Shown here piece by piece: positions 26,318 through 40,592 of a DNA stretch of 64,000 nt. The DNA is from Octopus sinensis. Lineage: Eukaryota. How positions within the stretch are numbered: position 1 is the stretch's first letter; every line of letters starts with the position of its first letter. The stretch is from assembly GCF_006345805.1 (NCBI RefSeq), contig NC_043010.1, positions 64,294,001 through 64,358,000 of the forward strand. Direction: 5' to 3'. The translations under genes were made by a program, and so were the position numbers. Below the pieces are notes generated by a model. It made no database searches, was not told the origin of the DNA, and saw nothing but the letters and a program-made list of their open reading frames with translations.

Positions 26318-26847
26318 TGTAGTGACGTCATATTCCAGTGCGCGCACACGCAATATCATTCTTCAGTGTGCGTGTGCGGAACGTCATTCTTCAGTGTGCG
26401 TGTGCGTGGTTGGAGCCTTCTGGAACCTTCTGGAAAGGCATAAGGAAGTTCCCTCATTCACATGCGCTAGAGACTGAAGAATAAATTCTATAGCGTTCCT
26501 TAATAGCGTCGGGGACTTGAGACACGGCGATAGAAGAGAAAGGTATATTTTGAAACCTGTGATCAGCCTATTCTCCTGTCCCAGACGCTTAGGATTTAAC
26601 CTGTTCTATTGCTGCTGAATTGTTGTAAAGCTTACAAACGTTTGAATTCGGCTTTGCTGTGTTGAACTAGGTGGATACCAGCATACCATCGTGTTTCATT
26701 GTTGAACCAAGAAAATAAAGAATTATATCTATTTTTAAACTTGCGATTCGTTCCTGACTGATAGTTTCTAGAAACAAAAAGAAAGGAAATTGTGTTGCAC
26801 CCAAGTTGCACCCCAAAAGTGTAAAGAAGCAACCAGTTCCCTTTACA
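26318..26847. mobile_element. Solo LTR (530 bp), probably Ty3/gypsy
   Basis: TGTA...TACA termini, 4-bp TSD CAAC (26314-26317 and 26848-26851) and an internal AATAAA. Empty sites taacaaccaatcac at about 7742 and 48289. Confidence 0.85.
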
Positions 26848-26911
26848 CAACCAATCACAAACACAAAACTTAGTGCTAGTGAGGAGGGCTCTCACAGCAT
26901 GAAGAAAAGAA

Positions 26912-26954
26912 ATATATATATATATACATTAATATATATATATATATATATACA

Positions 26955-27038
<84 letters not shown>

Positions 27039-27185
27039 TACATTCTTTTTCTCTCCTTGTTTTTTCTGTAGATTATTTCTATTCCTGAGCGTTATGCTAA
27101 TGCATCTGCTTGTTTTGTACACCACCTGTCTTCGTATTTTGTTTATTTCGTAAACTCTCCCTATCTATATATATATATATATATA

Positions 27186-27255
<70 letters not shown>
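26912..27255. repeat. (TA)n and (TA)n(GA)n microsatellites (also about 7809-8058 and 48355-48690)
   Basis: Read directly. Confidence 0.95.
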
Positions 27256-27258
<3 letters not shown>

Positions 27259-29962
27259 GAGAGGGTAAGTTCATAGGCGCCACCACCGTTCTAGTGACAG
27301 AAACATTAATGATAGTGCGTATGACTGTGGAAACATTTAAAAGCATTAGGGAACTCCTAATGTAAAATCTACGGATTGGTAACTCCTAATATAAAAGCCA
27401 TGAGTAGGCCTTTAACAGGGTTCCCAAAGGAACCCTAAGATATGGAAGTTGAACCACCTGACCTTCAGTGGTACTTGGTGAGTATGTAGGCCTAAGTTTT
27501 TCTTCAAGCTCTTTCCGATCATCATGGTGGGCTTAAGAGTGAGTTGTACAAATGTTCATGACTTGTGGTCGCCCTGGAAGCAAGGTTATCTGCTCAACGA
27601 CCTCAGGTTACTAACTACGGATGTGAAGGCCGTCAGCGAAACCAGGACTTCTGACGCAGCGATCTAACACCTATTTTCAACAATTTTAAGATTTACGCAT
27701 CTTTTGGCTTGGAATGGGAAAAGGAGCGGCAGTGCTGTTTAGCAAAGGCCTGCATTTCGAGGTATGGCAGATCCTCCTGGGCCCGGATGGTAAGTTGATG
27801 GCCCTAGATGTAAGCAATAGCGAAGGTAGTGTTTTTAGATTAGTCGCTCTGTACATCCCAACTGTTTCACTAATGGTAACCACATCTAAATCAAGAAACC
27901 TGAGATCGTTGAGTAAGTGTCCTTGCTTCCAAGCTGATCCCAAGCCACGCACATTCACGCCCCAACTCTCATCATAGTCGTGCTAGTTGCAGAAAAAAAA
28001 GAGGTCGCTCACCTTGATTTTTGAGAATCCAGAGAGTTTCGGGCCTCTCTATTGGCAAATGTTTTTTAAAAGGCCCTCCCAAAAGCCTTTTGTCAATTGA
28101 TTTTTAAAAATCCCACACTAATTAGGAATTTTTCGCTGAGTGTTTTTAAATGTCTGAGGACATTTTAACTAATAATCTGTCCTTCGGAGTTTGAAGATGA
28201 AATCCTTAAATTCCTTTCCCTGTGTCGTAGTTTTGATTTTATTTTCCTTTACAAAATCCATCAATTCACTGTTGCATTTGTTCACAAAGTGAAATTGATG
28301 GATACATTTCACCTAAAATTGAAAGTATTTTCTTGTTTTTGCAGTTTCATTATTGGCTGTTTCTATGTTTTCAAGTTATTGTTGAAGATGCTCCTGTTTT
28401 TGTAAAAGTTGTCGTTGTTATTTTTGTTGGAGTGGTTGCGAATTGGGTTGCAGTAGTGGTGTTTGACTTTCGTCTTGCTGTGTTCTTGAGCAGGTGTATG
28501 TACTTCCCTCCCCTTTCGTCTCTTCTTTTTTTTTGTGTTAATGATACATTATTCGGTCTGCTCTTCTCTCTCCATATCATTGCTGTTGATGTTGGTTCGG
28601 GAGGCAGGACGTCCAGGTGAAGCTTGATTTCCGTGGTAGCCGGGAGTAGACTTCTTTGTATTGGTGTGGGCGAAGGAATCTTGAGCTCGTCTCCATGATT
28701 TTGTGTTTGTGGTGTTGGTAGCAGTGAGAGTTTTGTTTTCCTTGCTTGAGGGCCGAAAAACTTTAAATGAGTCATAAATATGGCATCTTGGTTTTCTACC
28801 CTCCATTAACACTGACAGGTGAGTACCATCCGGGAGGCCTATTAGGTTAGGTAGCTCGTCGATATAGGTTTGCATACATTGTAATGTTAGTTTCATACCT
28901 ATACAGGACCAGTTTTGTTGAGGTATTTTCTTTACCACCAAGATAGTCACGTTGTCTTCCTCTATACTTGCCAAGACAGCGGCCACTAACCATCTGGCGA
29001 CATATCCATCTGGCTACACATCCCTCTGGCGATGGATATTTCTGGCGATATTTCACGTTCATCACCACAACTTTAGCAAGGTGTTAGCTGCAATAGCTTC
29101 AATCGTCCCAAATTTCTTTCCTCGGATGATGTGGGTCTTCTATTGTCACACGCATTCAAAGCATTTCTGGATTTAGCTGTCAGAAACATTTTTCATTCGG
29201 AGCGATTTTACTCCAATGCAGCAGTATGTAACCGAGTATCTTAAGATGTTTCCGATCACGTCGAGTGGAGAGTTTTGGGCAACTTCTCTTCTATTTCTTT
29301 GAACGATTTTTTGGGCCAATTTCAATTCTTCTTCGTCGATGGGGAAATCTTCAAGATTTCTCGTAGCATTTACAAAAAAAAAATAAATAAAATAAAAAAA
29401 ATCCCAATTCCAGGATCCCTTGCTGCTTTAGCGGCTGCAGCGGAGACTGTTGTGGCGTCTATGGCGGTAGTGATGTTCACGTTTCCTTTAAAATTTTCTT
29501 TGTTTATCTTTCCTTCTTTAACTTTCACTTCGTTATTATCGGTATTGCTGTCGACGTTGTTGTTGTCGTCATCGTCTCCATACGTTTTCTTTAATTGCTA
29601 CTTCACTGTTTCAGCATTGTTTAGAGACGAAAATATATTCAACTCGGTTTTCTTTTTCGCTGGCACGGTGGTCACATACTGTAGTCAATGGTATGCCAGT
29701 ATTCTCTTTTTTCTCCGACAAGGAACGCATCCCGTCTTCGAACATTATAATGACTTCTTTATCAGCCATGTTTCAATATATATGTAAAATAAGAAAATAT
29801 TTGTCTTCTCCATTAGTTGGCGGAAAAAAAAAAATTGATGCGCATCTCCCGCAAAACAGAATGCATTACTAAGCAAAAAAACTATTCGCGCAGTCCAGGC
29901 AATGTCAGAAACAAGGTGGTGATAAAAGAAACGAAAGAACGGTGCCTTAGAATTCCGAAAAA

Positions 29963-30047
<85 letters not shown>

Positions 30048-30048
30048 T

Positions 30049-30129
<81 letters not shown>

Positions 30130-30131
<2 letters not shown>

Positions 30132-31945
30132 TTGTGTACAGTGCTCAGGTGCACTACAACTCATCTAAAGTGTATATACAATCAGGTGTAGTTTCGGCGG
30201 ATTTCGGAAAGCATGAGGGCCTTAAAGGATGTAGTGTCATGGCAGTCAACAACTGACGCAGGCAGTTTATTCCATGCTTCAGCAACTCTGAGCGTGAAAA
30301 AACGTTCCCGAAAGTCATGGTAGCTGTGTTGTTTTCTGACTTTGTAGGCATGTCCACATGTGTTAGACACATGGAGATCAAGAAGGCGTTCAGTGTTGTT
30401 GTTGGTGAGGTGGTTGATAACTTTGTGGGTGCTTATCAAGTCCGTCACCAGACGCCGGAGCTTCAGTGAATCCATGCCCAGGGAAACAAGGCGCTCAGAA
30501 TATGGTAGGTGTCTGATGGAGGGTATGCGTTTGGTTGCACGTCTCTGGACAGATTCCAGGAGGTCAATGTTCTGAGCAAGATAGGGGTTCCAAACTGATG
30601 ATGCGAATTCCAAGTGTGGTCGTACCATAGCTGTATACAGTTTTAAATAGATGGCTGGAGAGTGGCTAAGAAAAGTCTTGCTGAATGATGCCAAGACACC
30701 CTCGGCCTTCTCGACAATTTTAGAGATATGCTTTGTCCAACGCAAATCACTGCTGACAGTGATGCCTAGGTCACGCTCGCAGGAGGATTTCTTGATATCA
30801 GTGTTGTGGAGGGAGTATGTGGACGCAGGGTTTTTTCTCCCAAAATGCATGGTGGTACACTTGTCCACAGCCAGTTTCAGTTGCCAGTCTGTGATCCATT
30901 GCTGCATTGTGTCTAGGTCTGATTGCAGGAAAGAGTTGTAGACATCAGGATCTGTCCTCTTGATTTCAAGGTACAGCTTGATGTCGTCTGCATATTTCAA
31001 TATTGTGGCATTCTTTAAATTGGCATCTATGTCATTAATGTATGCCACAAACAAGAGGGGACCAAGGACAGATCCCTGTGGTACACCCGATGACATCTCA
31101 TATGGTGTAGAATGCTGTCCTAGAACTGTGACTACCTCCTTTCGGCTAAGAATGAAGGATTTCAACCAGTTAAAAAGGTCATCCCTCACACCCATTGCAG
31201 AGAGTTTCACCATAAGCCTTTTGTGTGGCACAGAGTTGAAAGCCTTAGCAAAGTCAAGGTAGACAACATCCACCCATGAGCCACTGTCAGTGATCTGAGT
31301 AATGTCCTCAAGGAACTCGACAAGCTGATCACTGCAGCTTGTGTCAGGGACAAATCCATATTGTGAGGGTCGGATGAGACTGTGAGAGCTCCAGAAGTTC
31401 CAGAGTGTTTCTCTGACACACGATTCCATCAGTTTTGCAATACAGCTAGTGAGACTGACTGGGGGATAGTTGACAGGTGATGTGCGGTCGCCCTTTTTGA
31501 ACAGAGGAATGACACTGGCAGTTTTCCACTGCTCCGGAGTAGCACCATTGTTGAGACAGTACTGGAAGAAAATAGAAAGCTGGTATAAAAGGAAGTACCT
31601 GCCACGTTTGAGAAGCAGGTATGTAACTCCATCAAGACCAGGGGAGGCATAGTTGCACTTATTTTGAAGGTGACGTCGCAGCATTGCAGGTGTAAATTCC
31701 ATAGTTGTTATGGAATTTGCTGTTAGTGATGGTGAAGATGGTACATTTTGACTTTCAACAGTGAATATGTTTGAATAGCACTCGGCAATGAGTTCTGCGC
31801 ATTCCTTGGGGTCGTCAGTGATCTGATTTGTGTGAGGGTTGCGAAGAGGGCCCACTGGAGAGTGAGGTCTCTGCTTTGAATGCACATATATCCAGAAAAC
31901 CTTGCTGTCAGGATTGGCTGCTATGCACTGTTCAAATTCAAGCAC
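30130..31945 (-). mobile_element. 5'-truncated CR1-clade LINE with open 587-codon RT frame
   Basis: ORF 30182..31945 carries all RT motifs and the CR1-type C-terminus RFFTLRVAEAWNKLP. Short 3' UTR and (ATT)n tail. Confidence 0.92.
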
Positions 31946-32169
31946 TACTACAACTTACTGAGCTTCGAGGTACCGTGTCTCCTTAGTAGGGCGGCCATAA
32001 AAATTATACTTACTACTACTACTACACATTTTAACATCATGACCTACTCCTTGGCTGCCTTTAGAAGTAACCACTCTGTCGCATTCCGGATCGTCTCTGC
32101 TCTGAGTATAAATTACCCCGTATCTTCCACCAGTTTTTGAATTCCTTCTCCTGCTGCTGCTGCTACTGG

Positions 32170-32222
<53 letters not shown>

Positions 32223-34727
32223 TACTACTACTACTACTACGTTAACATTTTGTAGAATATGTTTCAAAGTTAATAATTCCTGGGTGTTTTCTTACAAGAA
32301 TACTATAGCTGTTGGAATTTATATTCTCACTCAATCTTAAAGTGCAAACACGACTATGAAGACATTAAAGATTCATTTTCAGTCGTAGGTTTCATACTTC
32401 AAAAAATTTGGGAGATATCAGTATCAGTCAATTAAACCAATTCCGGTATTGGTAAATTTTTTTTAATATTATTAATTCTGGAAGGATGGAAAGTGGAGTT
32501 AATGTCAACAGAATTTGAACTTTAGACTTAAATGGCCAAAGCGAAATACTGCAAGGATTTTGCAATACACTGTAACAATTCTTTAAATTTAGTATCTTTT
32601 TTCTGTGTCAGTAATATACTTCACAGGTAATTTCATTGCACTACATTCCTGACATAAAAAATGACTTTCCCAATATAATGAATGCCAATAGACGCAGAAG
32701 AGGCAGAGGTGTTAAAACATCGAATAGGGTACCTTGCAGTATTTCTTAAGAATATTTGTACAGTGATTTCAAATACCACTGATGTCAATTTTTCCTTTCA
32801 TCCTTTTGGCGTCAAGAACATAGAACTAATCCAATATTTTTTTTCCTTCTTGAAAAAATCGGCTCTTAGTGGGAGATAGGATACACAAAGTTTAAAATGA
32901 TGAAGATGTGCATGTATTAAATCTAGTCATATTTAATTAAATTTTCAAACAGAATCGAAACAAAAACAGCTACTTAACACATCTTTATGAGATGTATACA
33001 TACCTTATTTCTTCTTCAATCAATTTGTTTTTACATGTAATGCTAGTAAATAAAGGAAGTACTTTATATTAAGTACATTATCTTGTCTTTTCTGCTTTAA
33101 AATATTGTATTATTGTCGTGGCACATCTAATTACACCTCGAGGTACATCATGGTATTGCAACGCCCAGTGTGGGTATTATTACAAGAGTATTAAAATTTG
33201 TAAAATAGAGAAGTTCATATATAGTAAAGAAAAGTAAATTTGGACATCAGAGAAGGTCAGTTTCCGAAGAAATAAAATATCTCTCCTAATTTCGCTGTCA
33301 AATTGGAGATAATGGATTAATCAACAAAGAGTTAATGACAGAGATTAGAAGATAGTTTAATCCACCAAGTCTTTGGAAGAAAAGGATCGGATTTCTGAAG
33401 TCTGAGTGTCTGACTTGTAGAGCGGACAGTTTATAAGCAGACATATGCGATTTTGTTGAGTAGTACTTAACAGGGGCAACTATTGGTATAGTAGTTACTC
33501 AAAATATATGTTTAGATAAGAGTAAAGATTTTAAAAATATTTAAGCCATGAAATATAAGAGAAATTCAGTATAGTTACCACAAAGGTCCGAACTCTACCC
33601 ATTCCTTTTAATCTTAAACTGCACATAACTTCCAATAACAGATATGCATCACTATCATATGTTACTTTCATTCCTCATTCTAAGTTAGCCCTAAAAATTA
33701 AATCACTCCAAACCTAGCGAAGAACAAATTGTGTTGGTACAGCAAAATCTAACCCTTACAATCTCTATAACTCCGTTAGCAAACATTTGCATATACAACG
33801 CCTTCACAACTACTGCAATATCAACCTCTCATACTCCTTCAAACATATCTGTTACACAGCCCAACACTGCTACAACACCAAAGGACCACGAAAGAAATTT
33901 TGTAGGATTGATTGATTTGTTAAAAATAGCAGCCAAATGCCATTCAAATTGCATTCTCCATCTTAAAAAGATATTTTACACTTAAAACCAACAGCGAATG
34001 ACGGAATACCTTAGATATCTGATCAAGGCTAACAGTGGTCGAAGCAACAACAATTTCAACACTATTCTGAAAAGAATATCCATCTAAGGAAACACACACA
34101 CACACACACACAATCCTGACCTGCAAGAAATAGTAGCCAAATCTTCCTCAAATCACACACTACCCTCGTATACAAAGAAAGAATACATAAGATAATTTAG
34201 CTATTCAGATACTGTATACACTCTCTGAAAATAAGCTGGGTGGTCATTGTTTTGGGGCCAAACAACTCCAAGAACCACCTTAAGCGCTCTCTAGATTTCA
34301 CATTTGTCCTCGAGGAGTTCATCACTTGAACCGACAAGCATACAAAAATAGACTGGGCAAAAAAAGAATCACATGTCCCAACTGACAATAATTCATATTC
34401 AGGATGTATTAGTGCGAAGGCCCACCAAGTGGTGAAGGCTTCGTATATCAAGTGTAATAGATCTGTGACTTGCACTTACTCTTTCGATCAACTATTATAG
34501 ATATGCTCATCGTATCTGATTTTAAACTGAACTCCGCAAAAACAGAAACAGCATTTGATAAATGGCATCGTAAGGAAATCCTTCACATAATTCTTTCGGT
34601 AGCTTTTAACTTGTCTCTTCTAATTCTTAATTCATGTAGTCAGTAAAGTGTATCTGATATTTTAAACTTTAACAGAGTCTGTTTAACATCAAATCTGGTG
34701 GATATTAAAAGAAATTGTTCTTTTCAG

Positions 34728-34862
34728 AGTGTTCTCCTGGAAAGTATGGTTCTGGCTGTAATGAGGAATGCAACTGTCGAGATAAGGACGTGTGCGACAG
34801 AGTCACTGGAATATGCCCACATGGATGTCCACCTGGTTTCACGTCAGGCACTTGTAAAGAAG
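34728..34862 (+). CDS. EGF-like exon B2
   Basis: ttttcAG acceptor, GTTAGT donor, 135 nt. Protein identical to B1 (one silent TGT/TGC change). Confidence 0.92.
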
Positions 34863-35681
34863 GTTAGTAACGTTTGCTTTCTGTTGTCATTGTGTATTGC
34901 AATTGTTGTTCTTTTTAGTTATGTATTCTGAGATGCTAATACAAGATATAGCAAAGATTACCAACAAGGGTGACAGTACTGTGTGTGACATGGAACAGTG
35001 TACTAACAATGTACTTGCTTTTTCAGCAAAATATAAAAACAAGGGAGACAACAAGATATACAAACTAGAGAAACAACAGCCTAAGCTAACAACATAACAA
35101 AGTATACTAACAAGGGGTACAGCAAGGGGTACATCACAGGGAACGGCAACTTGTGATGACAAGGGAAGTAATAACATGTATTGTCAACGTTGACTACATA
35201 GTATACTAACATGGGCGAAGAACGTGTGCTAACAGGGAAGATAACAAAGTATGCAAGAGTCGCACAGCGTGTACTAAGGAGGGAGATGGCAGAAGATTGT
35301 GTGCCTGAAGACATCTAACTAATTGCTTGAAATAGTCATCTGTCTTATACATTTTTAGATTTCTGTTGGTTAAAGTTTTTGACTTTACAAAGTTTTGGGT
35401 TGGTTGATTTATTAAGAAGCTAGTTTAGCTTGTTTAAGGTTTGATTTCGATGCAAAAAAAGTTTGGCAAATATCTTCTGTGAAAGTCCTGGTTTGATTCA
35501 AGACTTGTGAATGAAACAAACCATCTGGAAGCTTCAGGAAAACTCTGTGAAATTTGCAAGAGAATATGGTTCTGTCTTGAATTGGCGTTGACTATGATGC
35601 CAGTAATATTGTGTTACTGATATTTAAAAGGCAACAATAAATTTGTAAGTTAAAACGTGTTTCTTCTGTTATTTTTTTCAG

Positions 35682-35813
35682 TATGCCCTAAAGGCACATT
35701 TGGAGATAAATGTCATAAACAGTGTCATTGTAATGATGACAGTTGCAACCCAGCATATGGTCATTGTGCTCATGGATGTGTTGCTGGATATCGGGGTAAA
35801 AGCTGTCAAGAAT
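35682..35813 (+). CDS. EGF-like exon C2
   Basis: tttttttcAG acceptor, GTGAGT donor, 132 nt, phase 1-1. CPKGTFGDKCHKQCHCNDDSCNPAYGHCAHGCVAGYRGKSCQE (inside ORF 35657..35857). Confidence 0.92.
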
Positions 35814-36099
35814 GTGAGTATGAAACAACTGATTATACCATTGGAATTATGAAGTAATTTCAAAGTGAATATATTTAGTTCAAATCACTTATGGACGAAT
35901 TTTATGTTAGGACTTCACCTGCCAGAATTTATCTGGCCTTCTGTGATTGGCCTAGTGTAATTCTTTTCCTCATTTGACTGAAAATTACCCCGCCAACCTA
36001 CTCTCTTGAGGATTTTCTTTTCAAGTATATTTTTTGTTTCGCTTTCTAATTTGTCCTTGCGAAATCGACTCTTTTGTTGTTCCTGTAACAATAAAAGAT

Positions 36100-38790
36100 A
36101 TTATTTGACTTAGGTTCGTTCTTATTCTTGCTAGAATTTATGTGGGTAATGGGTTACTACCAGTAACTTTATATATCCTCAAGCTTTCGTTAATCTTTCA
36201 AGTGCTGAAAACCCTTCTGATAATTTTTCCTGTCCATAAGAGGCAAACTCTCTGTGGAAGCTCTTCAGGACATTCTATTCCAATCTCTCCCAACCATTCA
36301 TCTATATCCTTACTCCCAGATCCTAATGCACCAATTATTGCAGGAACAACCTTTACATATTTCATGCTCCAAAATCTCGCAAATGCAAATTTTAAAGGAT
36401 TGGATTTTAAAATGTTTTTCTTCTTTCTTAACAATCCTGGAATCGAACAGACACGATGGATCAATTAGTAAGCAACTTCGCCTTTCCTTGTCTATTATTG
36501 TTATATCTGGTTTATTGTTTCCTAGCTTCCTATCTGTTTGAATGGGAAAATCCCATAAAATCTTGCTTTCTCCGACTCAAGCACCCTCTCAACCCAATGG
36601 TGATACCAAGTACTTTGAGCTTCAAATCCCCATTTCTGATGAAGCGCCCAGTGAAAAACTTGCAATACTTGGTCATGTCTCCATTTCGTATATTCTGTAT
36701 GAGCCAACCTGGGATATTCTGCAACAATGTGCACCATTGTTTTATCTCAAATACCTCACACTTTACATTTTGCTGACACCTCCCCATACACATATTTTTT
36801 CAAATTATTTGTTTTTATTGCTTTATCTTCAGCTGTTTTAACAAGGCACTCTGTTTCTTTTTTTAAATGCCCTTTTGTTTTTAATGAAGCCCAGATTTTT
36901 GTTTCACGTACATCTTCAGTGGCTTTCAAATACTGACCATGCAGATTTTTTTTTCAATCTGTTTATAATGCTCTCTTTGAATATCATTTTCGTCTTTTCC
37001 TCCTATTTCCACATTTGACCACCTGCTCTCTATTCACTGCCTTTAGTATTTTCTGTGTGTTGTTCTATAGTAGCCTACTATATTTTAGCAGGCTTTGTCT
37101 GTGTTCTTTCAAGACCATACTTCTCATGCAATCTCTAGTGAACAAACTTAGCCCTGTTATCGTGCCTCTTTTTGTATTCCTTTTGGATTAGTTTGCTAAA
37201 TTCACTCACAATATGTGAGATTATTTCGTTTTTTTGATACCATAAACCCACAAAGGAGCGATTCATTGTTCTTGTCTATTTGGACCTTGGAGTAATTATT
37301 TCTCAGGGTTTGTTCCTGGGTACTACATATCAATGCCTATGTGCATCTCTGCTGTTCCACTGGCAGCTTGTCAGTTATTTTCAGCATGTCAAAAGCACAG
37401 TTAGTTACATTCCTGACATCAACTTCCAAATCAGTAGTAAGTAGGAGAATGGCCGGTAATTTTCCACTGCATTACATTTACTGGAGTCGTCTTTGGTAAA
37501 AAGCTATTTTCCCTGTGGTAATGCATTTTGGGATTTATACCCTGTTGTTGATCATTTTATCCATTTGCATATCTATTCTTTTGTATAATTCTGGGAAATT
37601 TTCCAGCCATTACCTTTGAACCCCATCCGGGCCAGGACACTTCCAGTTTGAAATCATTGTTGTCTTCTCGGTCACCATTTCAGTTGATATTCGTATACTG
37701 CTCTGTTCCATTTAAATTTTCTCGGATCTTAATTCCTTCAAGCATCTTTCTGATGATTTCTTCCATTATCTCAGATGTTACTCTAAAAACTCCTACTTTC
37801 TTCAGCGTTCGGTTTCTCATTGCTGCTAACCTCTCCATCTGCTGATAAACCATTTTCTGATCCGGCTGGAACAATATATTGATTTTATGTTGTTAAATTC
37901 TGTGGTCAGATCCCTTGATTTTTGTAGCTCTGCAGGGCTATATTCAATCCCTTTTTCGTGATACTAAACCTACGTTCTAGTTTTGATATTTCTCCATTTT
38001 GATTTACCTTGTTTCTTTCTTTTCAGAGTGTTGATATGCTTTCGTGATTCATTCATTGATTACATTATCCTTCTTTTCTTCCAAGGCTCTTTTGTCTCAT
38101 TTCCTCTTTTACGATTTGGTTTGAGGGTTACTTTTCTTCTTATATAGATGATACTAGTTTTAACCAATCTACCTGTAGCATTTATATTATCTTTCTTAGT
38201 TACTTTCAGTATTTTATTCATCTTCCGAGTCAACCCGCTGAGCAAAATTATACCACTTTCTTGAATTCATTTACTTCTATGTTCAAATTTTTCTGAATGA
38301 TACTAGTGATATCTTCAATCATTACTCTATCCTCGTCGCTCAATCCTTCGATATTCTCAAAACTTAAGCCAGCACCATTCTCCAGAGCAACTTCATTCAA
38401 TACAACTCGTCAACATTTTCTGTAACAATACAACTTCACTCACAGTGTTTTCGATCGTCCCCGTCTTCTTAATCTCATCAAACTCTAATGCTGTTAACCA
38501 TTCTTTCTTCCTTATTATCCTTGCTTGGTCATGTAGACTCTCTCTGAAATATCTAAGTTGAGCATCTCCATCCAAATGCCACGCATTCTCTTTCTGTATC
38601 CTTTTATAGGTTTCCCTTCATCATCAACAGGTCTGCTAAAAAAATAACATTCTATGGCAGCTATTTTCATCACCTTAGACCATTTTGTCTTGGCAACCAT
38701 ATAATGAAGACCGGGCCTGTGCTACTCACCCACAAGGCAAGAGCCCGTCACCTGAAGTTTCGTCCACATTTAAGCCGTTGTTTGTATTAA
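36100..38790 (-). mobile_element. Decayed, internally deleted R4/Dong-clade element (third family)
   Basis: N-terminal IAAIECYFFSRPVDDEGKPIKGYRKRM, MFQPDQKMVYQQ, KWRHDQV (RHD) and C-terminal VVPAIIGALGS. RT core not seen. Confidence 0.8.
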
Positions 38791-39169
38791 TACTTTTATC
38801 CGTTACTCTCATAAAAAGGAAAGTGATTTAACAACCACCAGTATTTTCATTCGAGACACTTTCTCTAGAGGGTTTGTATCAAAAAAATCATCGGGGCCTC
38901 TCTACCCTTTAAAAGTTTAAGTAAGCAATCTTGCATTGTACACCAACCCAGTACTCTGAGCGGTAATGATCTAATCGGATGCACAACTAATGAAAAGTTG
39001 CTGTGTAGGTGACCGCTGACTCCCCTGAGTTCATCTACTCTTCAACAGGCCTTGTATTTCATCCTGAAGGGTTAGCAAATAGAAAGAAAAATACACTCTC
39101 CACAGAGCAGGTTCTGTGGAGTTGCTGGTTTAGTCGCCAACGATTCGACACTTGTGATTCAGTTGAGAT

Positions 39170-39404
39170 AACAAAAACAACAACAACAATTATCTTTTCT
39201 AGTAAAGGCACAAGGCCTGAAGTTTTGGGGAGGGGACTAGTCGAATACATCGACCCCAGTGTTCCGCTGGTTCTTAATTTATCAACCCTGAAAGCAGGAA
39301 AGGCAAAGTCGATCTCGATGGAATTTGAACTCAGAATGTAACGATGGGTGAAATACTATTAAGCATTTCGTCCAATGTGCTAACGACTCTACCAGCTAGC
39401 CGCC
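39170..39404 (-). mobile_element. tRNA-derived SINE (copy 58905-59138)
   Basis: Reverse complement of the same SINE, GGCGGCTAGCTGGTAGAGTCGTTAGC...GAGTTCAAATTCC, with a (TTG)n tail. Confidence 0.75.
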
Positions 39405-40592
39405 TTAACAAAAATTCCCAGGAGTGAAAATGTCAAATATAAAAATATAAAACATTGGAATGAACAAGAATGACACTAAACACTGTACACGAGGGTAGAT
39501 GTGGACTATCGGAGCCTTGAGTAGCAACTCACCTAGTGATGGTGTCACAATAAAAATACTGGTGGTTGCACAATCTTACAAATGGTACTTCTAAATGAGT
39601 GATGTCAAAATTAAATAGTAACCACAACTGCACTAACAGGACTGGAAATGTAAAAGGTAAAGATGTCGCGCTCGGCAGGCAGGGAGTATCTGGTCAAGTT
39701 CTGGCAGATTGTCATCAAGCTATTGGTCAGGACCAAAGTCGCAGTCAAAAGTGCAAAGTAAAAAGAATGAAATGGGGGAAAAGAAGTAAACTAAATAGTA
39801 ATCGAATACTGGCTGAGAAGTGAGCCAAATAAAAGAGGCTTCATGAATCAAATGAAGAGAATATGGGATGAAGAAAGGAGGCTTTGAAGCATCCGCCCTG
39901 TGACTGATAGACTAAATAAGAGTAATATGTGGGGACGACTGGGTTATGGCAGTAGAGATTGAAGAAATTCAGAGAAACATAATAATAAATTAGCAGAAGG
40001 AGAGTGAAACAACGGTAGCAGAGAGCGGTAATGAAAGGGTAAAACAGGAAGAATATGAAACGGATGGAAGTATTGACACAAAAAAAAGCCAAATTAATAA
40101 AAAAAATGATGATAAATGCAAAGGTTTCGAATAGCATAGACTGTTCCAATAAAATAGAAGGCATCTATATGAGGAAACAGAGGGACGCCAACACTAAGAA
40201 CTGACTTGAGATGCGGAAGAAAGTAAAGAATTTGGAGGAAGACTGTAGAAAAAGCCGGCGAGATATAAAGAAAGTGCGGAGTGGCTAACAAAAGTAGAAA
40301 GGGTGTTTTGTTCAACATCCTTAAACAACCTTTATTCAGAGACCTTTTGAGTGGGATGTGTTACTCGACCAGAAGAAAATTCTAACTGTGCCCCACCTGC
40401 AAGGTAATGCGCTGTTTATCTTGATATGAGATCACCATGTTGCGCACATATAGTTGTGATGTATGTGCCTGGTGTACCTTTATCAGACGGGTAGTCATGA
40501 TGAGTATACTGGGCTTCGTATATTTTACCCCAGTGTCACTTTGATGGCATGCACTGCTCTCTCACTCAATAATAATAATAATAATAATAATA

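Noticed and set aside
30182-31945. Domesticated or active RT gene
   Set aside because: 5'-truncated, no endonuclease or promoter, typical LINE tail, and the paralog is frameshifted.
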